From assembly GCA_973895155.1 (NCBI GenBank), contig OZ316892.1, positions 7,981,251-8,045,250 of the forward strand: a DNA stretch of 64,000 nt. Reading direction: 5' to 3'. Below the pieces are notes generated by a model. That model saw only the letters and a program-made list of their open reading frames with translations. It was not told the DNA's origin and made no database searches. The position numbers and the translations under genes are program-made. Numbering within the stretch: position 1 is the stretch's first letter; every line of letters starts with the position of its first letter. This document shows, piece after piece, positions 48,675-62,227 of the stretch. This DNA is from Marsupella aquatica (taxonomy: Eukaryota > Plantae > Marchantiophyta).

Positions 48675-51595
48675 TTAGGCTTTTCCAAAAGCCTCCTTGC
48701 CATCTGCGTCACGTAGGGCACCCAACGACACTGGGGCTTGGGTTCCCACGATTTTCGACGAGGCATAGACATCTAAACTGGTTCCCTTTGCTTTCTCCTT
48801 CTCGACCTGCTCTTTGATCCAGTAATAGGTGATTCTCAGACCGTCCTGCATTTACATGATAGACATCACAGTTGGTCAGCCACAGACACCGACACAGTTC
48901 AAAACTGGAAAGAGGACTTCAACGCTCGCATTCTGACTCCGATCACTAGAGGCATAGTGACAAACAAATCAAGACATGTAATACAGTTGTCGAAACATAA
49001 CGAGAACCAGAACTGGAAAAATGAGCCGTTGCAGTGTCAGTCCAATGATCGGTACGAGGACTTCAGGATACACACATTTGAGAGGAAGTCCAAATCATTC
49101 AGCATGCAAAACTGCAAAAACTCACCTTCAACTTCATCGAAGGAGCCCATCCCAGTTTCTCTTTAATCAAAGCGTTATCAGAGTTACGTCCTCGGACACC
49201 CTCAGGTCCAGGAATGTGCTTGATTGGCAGCTTCTTACCCTCGAAGCCGAGAACAATCTCTGCCATCTCGTTCATGCTGACCATCTCGTCACTTCCCAGG
49301 TTGACGGGATCCGAGTAGTCTGATTTCGTCAACCTGAAGCGCGGCACATGCATGCAATTAATATTTAAAATGTAGGACAACACCTCGAACAGCTTAGCAG
49401 GTTGGCTCCGTCAAATCATCGCCTTCGTCCCTACAGCGTTGGGGTATACAGATCCGTTTCACTTGAGACATGACATGACAAGGATCTTCAAACGAAGAGG
49501 CGAACATTTCTCCAAAACAGAAGAGCACGGCATACCTTAGGACACCCTCCACACACTCATCGATAAAAGTGAAAGAGCGTGTCTGCTTGCCGTCACCCCA
49601 CATTTCGAAGAAATCTGCAGAGGTGATTGCTTTCCTTGAGAAGGCAGCTGGAGCCTTCTCACGTCCACCTGTTCAAGGAAGACTTCAATCAGGTGAGAAC
49701 GAAATTACGGAAAGGATACTACAAGAGGAGGTAAATCAGATGGTGCGATGCCAACCAACGAGATAACCATTAAGACCCAGCTTAAGGTTCTGAAGCCGAA
49801 GTTTCTTCTAAAGATTTCTAGATTGATCGCTAAGACCCAGACTGCTCACGATTTTATTAATCAAAAGGCATGAGATTTTGGAACTCACCCTTCCATGTTC
49901 CGTATGGGCCATAGATATTGTGGAAGCGAGCTACCCTGCACTCCATATCGAAGTCCTTGGTGTAGTGCTTACACAATTCCTCGGTACACAACTTCTCCAA
50001 ACCGTATGCATCTTGCGGCTGCGAGACAATACAGCCAGAGAAACCAAGGTTGGACTAAGCTTGTTCTGAAGAATATTGAGATCGGAGGAATTGTACCAGT
50101 ACTGTGGTGGCAAAGCCCAACATTCCCTGCTACAATGAAAATTACGCACCGCCCAACAACAAATTTTCCTGACAATCTGTATTCAACCGTGCAGTACACA
50201 GACTACGTGATGAGGGCCTGGTTTGATCTGCCTTAAGCGTATATGAATTTACTTACCTCGGCGGGCCATGCATCAGACTCCTTCAGACTGACACAAGCAG
50301 TATCAAGCTGCTTGTACTCGGGGTAAATGCAAGCGCTGGAAGCATAGAAGAATCTGTTCACGTCATCGAAAGAAGACATTCAATCAGCCTCGGCAAAAGA
50401 AGACAATTCCATCCTGAAAGACCTACAAGATCTGCGCAAAGCTCCCATCCAGGACACGATACTCTCTTCCATGTATATACACTCTCTCTCACTCTCTTTG
50501 GTCTAAAAGAGCCCACATTGCCAGACTCCCGATGTGCAAACCAGGTAATGTCCTGGGTGGGACTATGAAGACAATTAAAAGTGCCCTTCACAATGCATGT
50601 AGACAATCACGACCGTCGACGACACTCCAATTGAGGATCATTACCAAATCTTACAAAGTACATTTACGAACTAGTAATCATCCGCGACGGGGTGATTTTC
50701 TAACTGCTCGTCAGCAGATCAAGGCTATCATAGCCAATATCGTTTTCCAACTAGTGCTCCATTGTACAGTATCTAATGTGGACACCGCTACCTCTCAACG
50801 ACAAGGACATCAGCCCAAAGCTTCAATGAGCGAGTAGGACCCATACAATCAAACCGTGAGAACACAGAAGGACCATGGCTACAACATCAGGACTCAATGA
50901 AGTCAACCCAGAGGAATCCTTCATCACAAAGCGGGAAACAGATCAATTTGCCTTGAGACCCAAAGGACCAGGCTGCCCAAAAAATCGCAGTTTGGAATGG
51001 CCGATGGGGTCACTCATAAGACAGAGCTAAGAACAAATAGATTTGACTCGTTTAGGCCCAAAGAGAACAACTCCAGATAGCTCCTTTGCCCAGGTGAAAC
51101 GAAGACCATTCACAAACAGTGAAATATAAGTAACTGGGAACTGGAGAGAGCAAACCGTTTAATGCCATTGATTCGAGCAGCCTCCAGCATGTTGAAGCTA
51201 ATCATCGTGTTATTATACATGATAACCGAATGATTCGACTGAATGAAACCCATGCCCCCCATATCGGCGGCCAAGTTGAACACATGCTCCACACCCTTGG
51301 TGACAAGCATGCAATTGTCAAAAACTCTTAGATCCACCAGGTGAAATTCATCGCAGAACAACTTCTCGGGCATGTGCTCGTTTGTCTTCCAATCTGCTGC
51401 CACCACATAATGCCCCTCGCTCTTCAGCCTCTTGGCAATGTGCGAGGCAATGAAACCCCCGGCCCCTGTGACGCAGATCTTCAGCTTCTTCTCGGGCCAG
51501 TACGCCTCCTTGTCCAAATTAGTGGCTTCGTAAAACCCCGTCGAGTTCACGTAGCCGTTGGTTTCCCCATTGGCATGGGTGCCATTGGTCGCCAT
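48675..51595 (-). CDS. GME: GDP-mannose 3',5'-epimerase (ascorbate and cell-wall L-galactose pathway), about 392 aa
   Basis: Exons 51595-51156, 50353-50257, 50018-49889, 49668-49536, 49333-49126, 48845-48675 (1179 nt, all GT-AG). Motifs TGAGGFIASH, FNLAADMGGMGFIQSNHS, PQDAYGLEK, GGREKAPAAF, GPEGVRGRNSDN. Confidence 0.97.
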
Positions 51596-54036
51596 TCCTC
51601 CCCTCTCGTCTAGCTCAAACTTCCCTTTTCTTCGCCTTGCCTTGCCTTTGTCTGTCCGTCCGCCTCAGCTAGATTAGATCTCTGCACAATGTCAATCAAG
51701 TGACTATCAGCATCACATCACCCACAACAACTCAATCCTGACAATCACATCAAATCGGAACGGGGCACCAAACGACCCACAACCACACGACCGACTCAAA
51801 AAAATCACCAAAATTGTCAGACCGTCTGTCGAAGTCTGGGTCAAACCTCAAAGCGATGACTCTAACGACCCACAACTACATGACGGATCCAAATCACCAA
51901 AATTGCCAGAAGAACCTCTGTCCCGAATCAATCAATCCCTCCCGGCACAACAAACGAGAGCAGAGGGAAAGAGAGTCAGGAAGACTGTGGTAGCTAGCTA
52001 GATCACACTCGGCCGTCTGATTGTGTTGCTTAGTGCGGCAGAGGGCTCGCAGCTCACTTATTGGTATGGGCCGGGGACCTCCGACCGCTCTTTGGGGAGA
52101 ATCGGAGCTCGCTTTTCTGCCAGCGTGGCCACGCAGCGCAGCGCAGCGTAGATCGAAAAGGGCGGAGGAGGAAGGCGTGCACAGTACTACTGGACTACAG
52201 GAGTGAGTGATTGACAGCACGCGGGAGGAGGAGACTCGCCATGAGACCTCGATCTTGAGCTGTGTGGAGCGCAACAAGAGGACCAAAGTGCTGCTGAGTG
52301 CGTGCGCCGGTCTACCCTATCCTATGCCCTGCCTTCCCCTGATTTCCCCTCTCTGGTCTTTTGCCCTGATTTTCCTGTCTTGAGTGTTGCCCCCTTAGTT
52401 TTGGTATTCAGGTGGAAACTCGTTTATATTTATACCCTTTGGATCCCACTCTTATATGCTCCTTGCCTGCCCATTTTCAGTTACCCTCATTGTTATTTTG
52501 TTGGGGGTCTTTGATCAAACAAGCATTTTATGTAATCCCTGATATATCACTAACAAGACATCCAATCTGTTACTTTCGTTTACCCCCTTGTTGGTTGTTT
52601 TGAATTTCACCTTTCAATGTTTTTATCTTTGTATAATTACAATACTGGACCTAAGTGTTTTTCCTTGTGTTGAACTAAACACAAAAGGTTGTGTTTGCTT
52701 TTTGTGGAAAACATCATTCTTCTTGTTTGTGACCAAATGTGTTGATGTGGTGCTTTGAATTATGGGGGTCAGTAGAGAAATGTGGTGCTTTGGATTATGG
52801 GGGTCTGTAGAGAAATGTGGACTGCAAGGAGAGGACTGAAGTGTTCCCAAGTGTGTGCGACCTGCCCTATTTATGCCCTCTCCTGATTTCCCCTTTTTGA
52901 TCTTTTGCCCCCTTTTGTTATTCAGAAGGAAAACTCATTTATAACGGAGATTTTAACACCTGTGCAATGAGCAGCACATTATAATGGGCATTATTGAACG
53001 GTAGGACCTCATAGCCAACAATAAATGTTTCCAAGAAACTCATTTCCAGTAGCTTTGCTACGCATTAATAGTTTTTAACTAAAATAATATTGACGTCGAG
53101 TGGAAACTTAACTTTAATGCAAGGAGCATTTTGGGATCCTAGCTCAAAGGTTGTTTGCATGGAAATCACATGCAAACTTATGAATCCCCCCTTTTTTTTA
53201 TACCTTGTCTCCGTTTCCTTTTTTAGTTATGCATGCCTTCTTTGGTGAACCACTTGACCTTTGCTCCCTTTCCCTTTATTGGGTTCTTTTGCCTTTGGTA
53301 CCAGTTTGGGGATCCTGTCTTTTGGGCAGTGTGATATATACTGAGTCCACATGGCTCCTATTTCAAATTTTCCCTCATGCCTGCCCGGATGTCCGCCCTC
53401 CCATTGTTTTTTAGAGTTTCACTAGAGTGCTCGCCTGCTCTGATCTCTTTTCACCTGTGTTCCATGTTCCCATTTGCTGTAGGGACTTAATATTTTTCCC
53501 TTTCAAATTATAACACAATGCCACAAATAATCTACCTAGATTTCAGTGGTTTACTTTTAATACAATGTATGCACTGATACATATGCATTTTTTTTTGGGG
53601 GGGGGGGTAATTACAAAGAAAAGGTTATAATTTTAGGGTATTACGTGAAAGCTTGCACATTCCAAGAAATGCACTTATTCACAGTGCACCCCTTTTCCCG
53701 TCCGCCGCCGCTTCAGAGCTCCCTGAAGCACCTTCCTCATGCCGCCGGCTCTTTCTTTATTATTCTTTAACGGTAACTTGTTCCCGGTTAACCATGACGG
53801 GCTGCCAACTGGTTCGTTCCGAAGACCGGCGCTCAGTCTTCCAGTCCGCCGCTTTATAATATTATTCTTCCGGATTCTCCCCGACGGGAGGCCAAACGTG
53901 TTACGTCGACATGAAGTCATGAGCTTGGTCGACGTCGACGTATGGGCGTATGGGTTCCCGTCCGGCGAAGCCCGATCCCCGGTACGTCCTCCACGGGGTC
54001 GTCCTGCTTTCGTAGGGCGGGATCTTCCGCTGTATG

Positions 54037-55340
54037 GTGACGACGGACGACAGTTCACTCCCATTGCCAATGAAGGGGCCCATGCAACCTTTAATCATGC
54101 CCATTTCTCCCTTCTCCAAGGCTCCAAAGGATCTCCATCATAGGGGGGGCTTTATAAGTGGGCCGACGGACCATCGTACCTTTCCTAGACAAAATCTAGC
54201 TGACCAGTTTTTGCATACAATCTAGCCTCCAGGCCTACGACTAAAGTAAGGGCATGTGTGTGAAATGCAATCTATGCATTTCCAGAGATCCTCCTAACAA
54301 GGTTTAGACTTTGAGGTGGTCTAAACTTTGGCCACAAAAATAGTGTACATGATTCAGCCTTTACTCATGGAGACCCACCAACTCTCATGTAAGCTAGAGC
54401 AAAGCAGTGCTTAAGTGGCCACCAGAAGTCTTCCACAATCAAGAACAGAATGGCCACCTACTTGTCAAGTTAATGACTGGGATGGTATCTCAGTCAGGAA
54501 AAATTTAGGGTTTACTAGTCCACTGCTCCATCTTGTAAAGCCCCCCTAGACCCCCCCAACCAGAGTTTTCTTTTAAGGTTTCTTAAGTTTTGCTAGGGTG
54601 GCAAATTTCGTGCTAGTCTCAACAGAAGAAGATGCTAAGAATGTTCCATATCTAATTTCCTAGATTAATTTCTGAGCTGTTAGATCTTCCTAGATTTAAG
54701 CATAATTGTCAGATTCTCGTTAATGGAATCTATGGAAAAGTGAGAAACTGGCTAATGGACGAGAAAATCTAGTTCAAACATTCGCCAAAAGTGACCAATA
54801 CTTTTAAGGGGTGGAATCTGGCAAACTTTGCCACCAAAAAGGTACAGCGAGGAAGGAAGAGAATTCGTTCCTGTTGCCCATGATAAGTGGGGCCATCTAT
54901 GGCCTTCAATCATGGCCATTTTCTTCTCACTCCAAAACCTCCAAGGATCTTCCCCCAAATCAAACCAGGTTCTGTGGCTAATTGGTTCCCAATTTGGTTA
55001 GGTGGGCAACTAGGTAATTGAAGGCAAAAAGCTTAGCAATTTTTTGCCACAAGTGCCAAGACTTTAAAAGAGGTGGAATCTATTTGTCACTCGAGAAAAC
55101 GCTGCCCCCAAGGAATAATCTTTGACGTTGAGAAGTGAAGATGTCAGAGTATTTTCAAAACCACAAGTTCCCCTGTAAAGTAGGGTTGATAACCAGTAGT
55201 ACTCATTTCATGTAGAGTACGATTTTGTGCTCTTTTCAAGCTTTTGTGGAGCTGGATTGTCCCCTGTACGGTGACAACGGTGAAGAGTTCACTCCCATTC
55301 TCCATGAAAAGTTGGGCCATGCATGGTCTTCAATCATGCA
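54037..55340 (+). repeat. Three dispersed copies of an about 100-bp module inside a TE-like region
   Basis: 'agttcactcccatt..c.atgaa...gg.ccat....tt.aatcatg' near 54052, 54862 and 55286. Confidence 0.65.
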
Positions 55341-55504
55341 ATCTCTAGGTTAATTCCTGATGGTTAGATCTCCCTACACTCAAGGATAGCTGTCAGATTC
55401 TGGCTGGTGGGGTCTGTGGTTAGGTAAAAAATTGGCTAATTGAAAACACCCCAGTTTGGACTTGTCCCACAAATGAGGGGTCTGGACCCTAACATCCAAC
55501 ATGT

Positions 55505-55815
55505 GTCACACCTGGTCATCCCGGCCCCGACCAGCCCACACCCCACCCCAGCCCAGCCCAAGCCCAACCCCGGCCCTGGCCTGGCCCGACCCGCCCACAC
55601 CCCACCCTGACCCGGCCCTGACCACGAACTGGGGGGCCGGCTCGCTAAACCGGGGGAGTCCACAACCGGGCTGGGAGGGATTCGGGAAAGTTTGGGACCA
55701 GCTGGGGAATATAGGCAAATATGCGACATTTGACCACTTTTGGAGCCGACAAATGATAAGTTGTTGTGTTGGACAACAGGACAATGTGTCTGTCAGTTCA
55801 AACCGGGGAAAATAC
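55505..55815 (-). mobile_element. Second, inverted and diverged copy of the GC-rich element at about 41000-41530
   Basis: 55700-55762 'ggggaatataggcaaatatgcgacatttgaccacttttggagccgacaaatgataagtt' matches the reverse complement of 41090-41150. Confidence 0.65.
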
Positions 55816-57463
55816 AATGCCTTGCTTATTTTTGCAAACAGTAACAAAAACTTTTCAGTGGGGTGGAATTTGGAGAATTTTTGCCACAAAAAACAGGCGG
55901 GGGCATGGAGCAGACTTTACTCCCTTTCTCCATGAACCACGCAATCTCTAAGGTCCCATGAGCTAAGACTGGGCTGACTCAAGATGGAACAATTATGCTC
56001 CATGTGGCACTGGTTGCATTTCCACAATAGTTGGTTTTCTTTTTTGGCCTCTTCTGTAATGGACGTCAGTTTCTGGCTGCAGTACTTAATCATGGCTTTC
56101 ATCAGAGCGATTCCTTTGTTATGCTTTTAAGTACACTTTGCCCTGTCTAGCAGTTCCCATGGGTAAATTACAAAATCTTTAACCATCGCAACGCTCAAGT
56201 AAACAAAGTGCAAGGCAGTGTTGACAGCTTGTGAAGTGCAATTTCCAAGTTTGATTTTAGCTAAATCTAGGAAATTCCTAAGAAGACTCAAATCACCCTC
56301 CTTGTTGGGGCACTCCCCAAACAACAGACCCTCGGACAGTCATTTTGGAAAACACCCTCCACAAAGGGCTTTAGGTTACACGCTATTTATGAAGTACTAG
56401 CCCAATGTGTGTATTGTACACTATTGTCAACATTAAGTGATGTTGAGACGGCCGGGTAGTCAGAATTTTTTTAGTCACACGGTTGGCCTAACAACTGGAT
56501 TTCAAGGAGTGTGCAAGTTACGGGATGAGTGACTAGTTGAGAGCTGAATGGTGCACAGTGGCACTTCAAGCCCATGTCATGTAATCAAAAACAGCTGGGG
56601 AGGCTTAGCTAGGGAGGCTTCTCATTTGGTAACATCTTGTAAATAGATCATAAGAAAACAAAGAACAAATTGAAAATTAGTGTCTAGATAGACACCTGCA
56701 GCTGACTATTTTTTTAGTGGCAAAATTTGCCAATTGCTACCTCCATCAGACTCCATGGCCACTTTTTGCACAGAATTGCCAGAAATTTTGGGTCTCAATA
56801 GCCAGGTATCACAAAACCATTGGGTCCACTAGCCACAATCTATGGCTCTCCTTGCAACTAGGGAGGTATGTCAGAAAAGAGTTTATCACAGTGCCATCCA
56901 AGTTTGTGCAATAAATAAAAAATTATTATAATTTTGGACAACAAAACATTTTTTGATTGTGAACAACTAAAGAATTCCGTGGTGTAAACACTACTTTTCA
57001 GTGTATGCATTACTTTAAATGACTGTGGCGTTGCATTATTTCAAGGTATAAAAACAATTAACATTCCTACGTGTGCTGAGGGAACCAATTGGCAATTTAC
57101 AAATGGAATATTACAAGCGTCTACTCCTTAATATTCGCCCTGACTAATTGAAGAGGTCATTAAAATTACCCTGACAGCTGCACTTCTCGATCTCAAAGAT
57201 TCCATAAGAATAAAGGTTTGAGACGGCCCTATTCATAAAGACTTGTGTGGTTGTAAGTCATAACTCATAAGTGATGAGTTATACAATGTGAGCTCTACGA
57301 CTTTGAAACTCTCTATTCATCGCATGAGACCAGGCAGCAATTGCACTTTCTTGCCTGCCTTCAGGAGCACTTTCCAGTTTGCACAATACATGATTTGCCT
57401 TTACTTTGCATGTAGTCTCGTATTGTTGCACAGTACATGAGTGACTTCACTTTGCATGTAGTT

Positions 57464-57741
57464 TGTTTTTATTTTTATTTTTTTCCCTCGAAAAAATCAA
57501 TTGAATTTCATTCAAAAAGCCAAGATACAATGGGGGTGGCCCACAAAGGGGGTCGGCACCCAGATGGACCCGGAGGTCATTAAGCCACACAAGCCGGGGG
57601 CCGGCACCAGAGAAGAAGCAATCCCAGAATGGAAGCTAAACAAGAAATTTAACAACTGCAGAAGGAGCGGCAAAACCCCCAAAGACCGGCCAGTGAACAG
57701 GGAACTGGCAAGGTACCCATCAGTGGATCCGTGATAGAGTC
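57464..57741 (-). mobile_element. 5'-truncated non-LTR retroposon 3' end with A-rich tail
   Basis: T-rich run at 57462-57484 (poly-A on the - strand, preceded by AATGAAATTC); flanked by an about 22-bp direct repeat gtg(a/c)cttcactttgc(a/g)tgtagt (57441-57462, 57742-57763) within a local tandem array of about 46 bp. Confidence 0.55.
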
Positions 57742-57799
57742 GTGCCTTCACTTTGCGTGTAGTCTTGCATTGTTGCATGATACATGATTGTCTTCATTG

Positions 57800-58350
57800 T
57801 GCATGTAGTCTTGCTTTGAAAGTCAAATGCAAGTGCCAAGAGACGATGTTTCAGGCCACGTCGTTGGAAGTGATCCACATTGCCCAATTGGAGCTCTCTC
57901 TGAATCTGCCCCACCAAGCTTCGAGAGAAAGCAGTTTCAAGAATTGCGTCCAATCAACGTTGGAGAGGATGAAGTTTCAAGAATTGCATTAGTGGCAGAC
58001 CCCAATCAACTGAAATGTCGAAATCTGAATATAGCCTTTACCCAACGCAAGATTGCAATTGCTACCGGGCATGACCAGAAAAGGTGTAAATTGTTTTCAT
58101 GCTCGTATAGATCACAGACTCTGTACCACATTTGTTCATCTTCGTGGAGCAGAGTTTGGTGTCTCCAAGCATTAGAAGCATTGCATTGGACGACACTTGC
58201 CAAAGAAGGCTGGATTCTTGAACAGCTCTGTGTAGATCCGTAATTCAAATCCATCTGGTAGCATTATCTGCTTGGAACCAGTGTTTATTGCATTTCAGAG
58301 TGAATTGAGAAGAGATTTCAGGGCAGCTGATTTTATCCAAATGTATTGCA
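57800..58350 (-). mobile_element. LINE ORF2 C-terminal remnant (zf-RVT CCHC region)
   Basis: CDLYEHENNLHLFWSCPVAIAILRWV matches the L1 Cx..ExxxHLFxxC motif; downstream 'WAMWITSNDVA' resembles the W.IW..RN motif. Confidence 0.7.
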
Positions 58351-58527
58351 CAACTGTACCTTGGAACGGGAATACCTGACGGAAATCCAAAGGTTAGACT
58401 TTATGCTGCTCCAATAGAGGCTTTTGGCAGAAGCACATTTACTTCCATGATCATGTCAATTCCAAGAATTATGTGTGTTTTTCCAACTGGTTTTGCACTG
58501 CTCGGTAAAACTATCGAGATCCGTATA

Positions 58528-58964
58528 TTACTTCGTGCCTCCTTGAAGTATGTGTGAAATCAATCCTGCTAAGACCGTGCCAGGCGATAATACTGGAGTG
58601 ACAAATTTACTAGTAAAAGCGCTTTGTGCACGGGAGCAGAGTTGATAGTCGTCGTACACTGCGCTGTTCGTGCCTAGTTTTTCGGAAACCCTAAGGAGCG
58701 ATCTGGTGGCGGTGCACGCGTTGTAATTTCTCGTTCCATTTCCTGTTACTTCGTGCCTAGTTGAAGTATGTGTGAAATCAATCCTGCTAGGACCGTGCCA
58801 GGCGATAATACTGGAGTGACAAATTTACTAGTAAAAGCGCTTTGTGCACGGGAGCAGAGTTGATAGTCGTCGTACACGGCGCTGTTCGTGCCTAGTTTTT
58901 CGGAAACCCTAAGGAGCGATCTGGTGGCGGTGCATGCGTTGTAATTTGTCGTTCCACTTCCTGC
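58528..58964. repeat. Near-identical tandem duplication of about 218 bp
   Basis: 'ttacttcgtgcct..tgaagtatgtgtgaaatcaatcc...ggaaaccctaaggagcg...gttcca.ttcctg' at 58528 and 58746. Confidence 0.95.
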
Positions 58965-60375
58965 TAAAAGTCTCTAATGTTGATCAATTCAATCTGGGCA
59001 GCAAAAGATTCTCAAGTGTTTGAAGCTGTGAAGAGGATGAAGCTAGGAGAAGCTGAGCTTGCTCCTTGACTCTATTCACGAGAAATCTGGACTTACTCTT
59101 TTGAAACAATTAAAATAGAGGTAACATATTGGAAAGTGGAGAGGGATCTAGAACTATGTAAGTGTAAGTTTTGGAGTTCATCGTGTATGCATTATCGGCA
59201 GGACGGATGCTCAACATTGAACCTTCTCTACCCCTGGAGATTTTCCAGACTCTGATCAGGCTAGCTTCACGAGACCGTAGATGTGACCCACACGAGATAT
59301 TGTCAGGACCATTCGTTGATGATTACTTTGATGGAAATCTTCAACCAGAGAGGAGATCGGCCTCACCTAGTGGGCATGTTATCGGCAAGACGGGCTCTGC
59401 GACGCGATAGACATCAGCGAATCGATTCCCTTCGATTCCCCACATCGTCCAGAGTTTGCGCTGGATTATGAAGGCGATCACCGGGGCTGGTTTTTGGAGA
59501 TCTTAGAAATTATAATGAACAGAGATCCGCGTGAAACCTGAACCGATAAGGAAGGCTAGGCCTGGCACGGTGGTCATTGCGAGCTGGAAAGAATTCCAAG
59601 CACTTCGACTGTCTGTTCTTTTTCTACCTACTCCATGCTTCAAAAATGCAAATTCAGTACACGATGTCTTTAGCTCCACGTGCTACTTGTCCCTCTCGGA
59701 TCACATTCCTGGACACTGACCACTTCATGGATAAGCGTCGGCAGTGTTCATCGCTACATGTTAATCATCCACCTGATGCGAGTCTGTCCTTCAGCAAAGT
59801 TAGTCGATGTTAGTACTCCTACTTTAGAGCTCTCATATATCTTGCATGATACTTTCGTTGTTCCAACTGAAACTGCATAACAGGGCTCCGCTGGTCGAAA
59901 AATGTGAGAATTTCGTTCTCGTCCTTTAGATTGGACATCTCTTCCTTCTCAAAACGTAGGGAAAACCCGAGTTTGCGAAAGTACAGTCTAACACTGATCA
60001 TTCGAAAGCTTCGAGACCTTACAGCTTTTCTACGACCTGTCCACGTGATTACGTACCAGAGGGATGTCGCGTGTGTGTAGAGTCTGGGATCTCAAGCTGG
60101 AATAAAACGTTTCTCTTATAAACAGAAGTTGAAGATATTAGAGATTTCTGTGCCTACAGTAACATAGTGAAATTGTGCGGGAGCGCCTTCGATGGAACAC
60201 GAAATGAAACAGACCGGACAGCATCCGATGGGAACACGAAATGAAGCAGATCGTTTGGGGTGTTTTTACCCCAGCCGAGGCAGACGGCGAGTTCAAGCTT
60301 GATGTTGGAAGTATTAAGTTAGCACCTGCGTACGTAAATGTATGGCAGCCAGCGAGCATCTCGGAGGTGTAGTTG

Positions 60376-61340
60376 AATGACTCAAAGATTGAAGAGAAGA
60401 TATGAGCCATCTTCTTTTTCGAAGTCTGTAAATGATATGGGAGTCGATTGAGCTCCCCCATAGCAAAAAATGGACTGCTCGCAATGGGAGGAATTGAAGG
60501 CTTCATTTTCACTGGTCCCTGAACCCTAATGACTCAAAGATTGAGGGGATAATCTGAGCAATCCTAAATCTCTCCAGGTGATGCCACTATAGAACCTTTC
60601 AGAATCAAGGTGATCCTGATCTCATTCCATTCTGTGAAAATGCTGGGTCCCCCGAAAATAGAAAGCTCGCAATGGGAATTGAGCCTTCATCTTCACTGGT
60701 TCCTGGCTGAAAGATTGAGGGGAAGATCTGAGCCACCGTCCTTTTCGAACTCTGTCCAGCCAAGCCCGTGATAGAGCCTTTCAAAATCAGAAATTTCCGT
60801 TTCCTGACCTCATGGATATCTGTGAGAAATAGAATGCTTCCGGTGCGAATCGAAGCCTTCATCTTCACTGGTCCCTAGACACTAAATGAGTGAAAGATTA
60901 AGGGGAAGATTTGAGCCATCGTCCTTTTCGGAATCTGTCCAGCTGAGCCCATAACAGAACCTTTCATACTCAGAAAATTTTCGTTTCCTGACGCCATGGA
61001 TTGCTGTGAAAATAATCTAGCTCCTCCACAGAGAAAAATAGAATGCTGGGAATGTGAACAGAACTTGCATCTTCATTCGTCCCTTAACCGCAAATGACTG
61101 AAAGATCTCGGAAGATCCAAGCCATCTTCATTTTTGAAATTTGTCCAGCTGAGCCCATAGTGGATTAATGGAACCTTTCATAAGCAGATATTTTCGTTTC
61201 CCGATATCATGAATTGATGGCGATCCATGCTAGAACCTTTCATAATCAAAAGTGTTTCGTTTGAGGACCTCGTGATTTCTGTGAAAATCATGCTCTAGCC
61301 CCACTAGGAAAAAACACACTGCTCGCAATTGGAATTGAAA
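60376..61340. repeat. Degenerate tandem array, about 5 units of 150-230 bp
   Basis: 'aatgact.aaagattga.g.gaagat.tgagcca...cttcat.ttcactggtccc' recurs near 60376, 60528, 60708, 60885 and 61092. Confidence 0.8.
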
Positions 61341-61554
61341 GGTTTTCCATAAACCCTAAAACCGTCCCCACTAGCCAATGAGCGAAGAGGGAATAGAGAC
61401 ATGTAGTTTACCAGGTCCAAAAGGAAATTGTCACAAAAGACTTGACAAATACTTTGCCACCTGTTTACAAGAAGTAGTGGACTTTGTTTCTTTTTATTCC
61501 CTTTGAGATTAAATTTGGACTCTATATTGAACTACCTCAATACCCGTGCGTTAC

Positions 61555-62200
61555 ACAAAAGATGTCATGTTGCCAAAGATATAGTCAAGAAAAAAAATGT
61601 CATGTTACAAAAGATGTCATTACGAAAAAAGATGTCATGTTGCCAAAGATGTTATGTGAACGACGTCATGCATGTTGCCAAAGATGTTGTTAAGAAAAAA
61701 GATGTTGTGTTGCCAAAGATATCATCAAGAACAAGATGTCATGTTGCCAAAGACGTTGTTAAGAAAAAAAAAGTCATGTTGCCAAAGATGTTGTTATGTG
61801 AAAGATGTCGTGTTGCCAAAGATGTCGTTAAGAAAAAAAATGTCATGTTGCCAAAGATGTTGTTATGTGAAAGATGTTATGAAGTAAGAAGATGTCATTA
61901 AGAACTATGATGTCATGTTGCCAAAGGTGTTGCGAAGAAAAAATGTTCTTATGTGAAATATATTGTGAAGTAAAAAGATGTCGTTGCGCCAAAGATGTCT
62001 TTATGTCCAAGATGTCGTTAGGTGAAAGATGATGTTTCACCAAAGATGTTATTAAGTATTTTTTTGTTAAGTACAAGATGGTCAATAAGTAAAGGGATGT
62101 CATTAGACAAAGATGTAAGTTGTGAAGTAAAAGATTTTTTTAAGTACAAAATATTGTTAGTAAACCATGTTAAGTTAAGTAAAAAAGTTGTAAAGTAAAC
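61555..62200. repeat. Low-complexity degenerate array (AAAGATGTCATGTTGCC core)
   Basis: Repeated 'aaagatgtc(a/g)tgttgccaaagatg' modules decaying rightwards. Confidence 0.9.
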
Positions 62201-62227
62201 GATGTACGTTGTTGCCACTTTTTGCCA

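Noticed and set aside
61503-61901. Repetitive Cys/His/Lys ORF (RCHVAKDVVKKK)
   Set aside because: Translation of a low-complexity repeat; all frames look similarly open.
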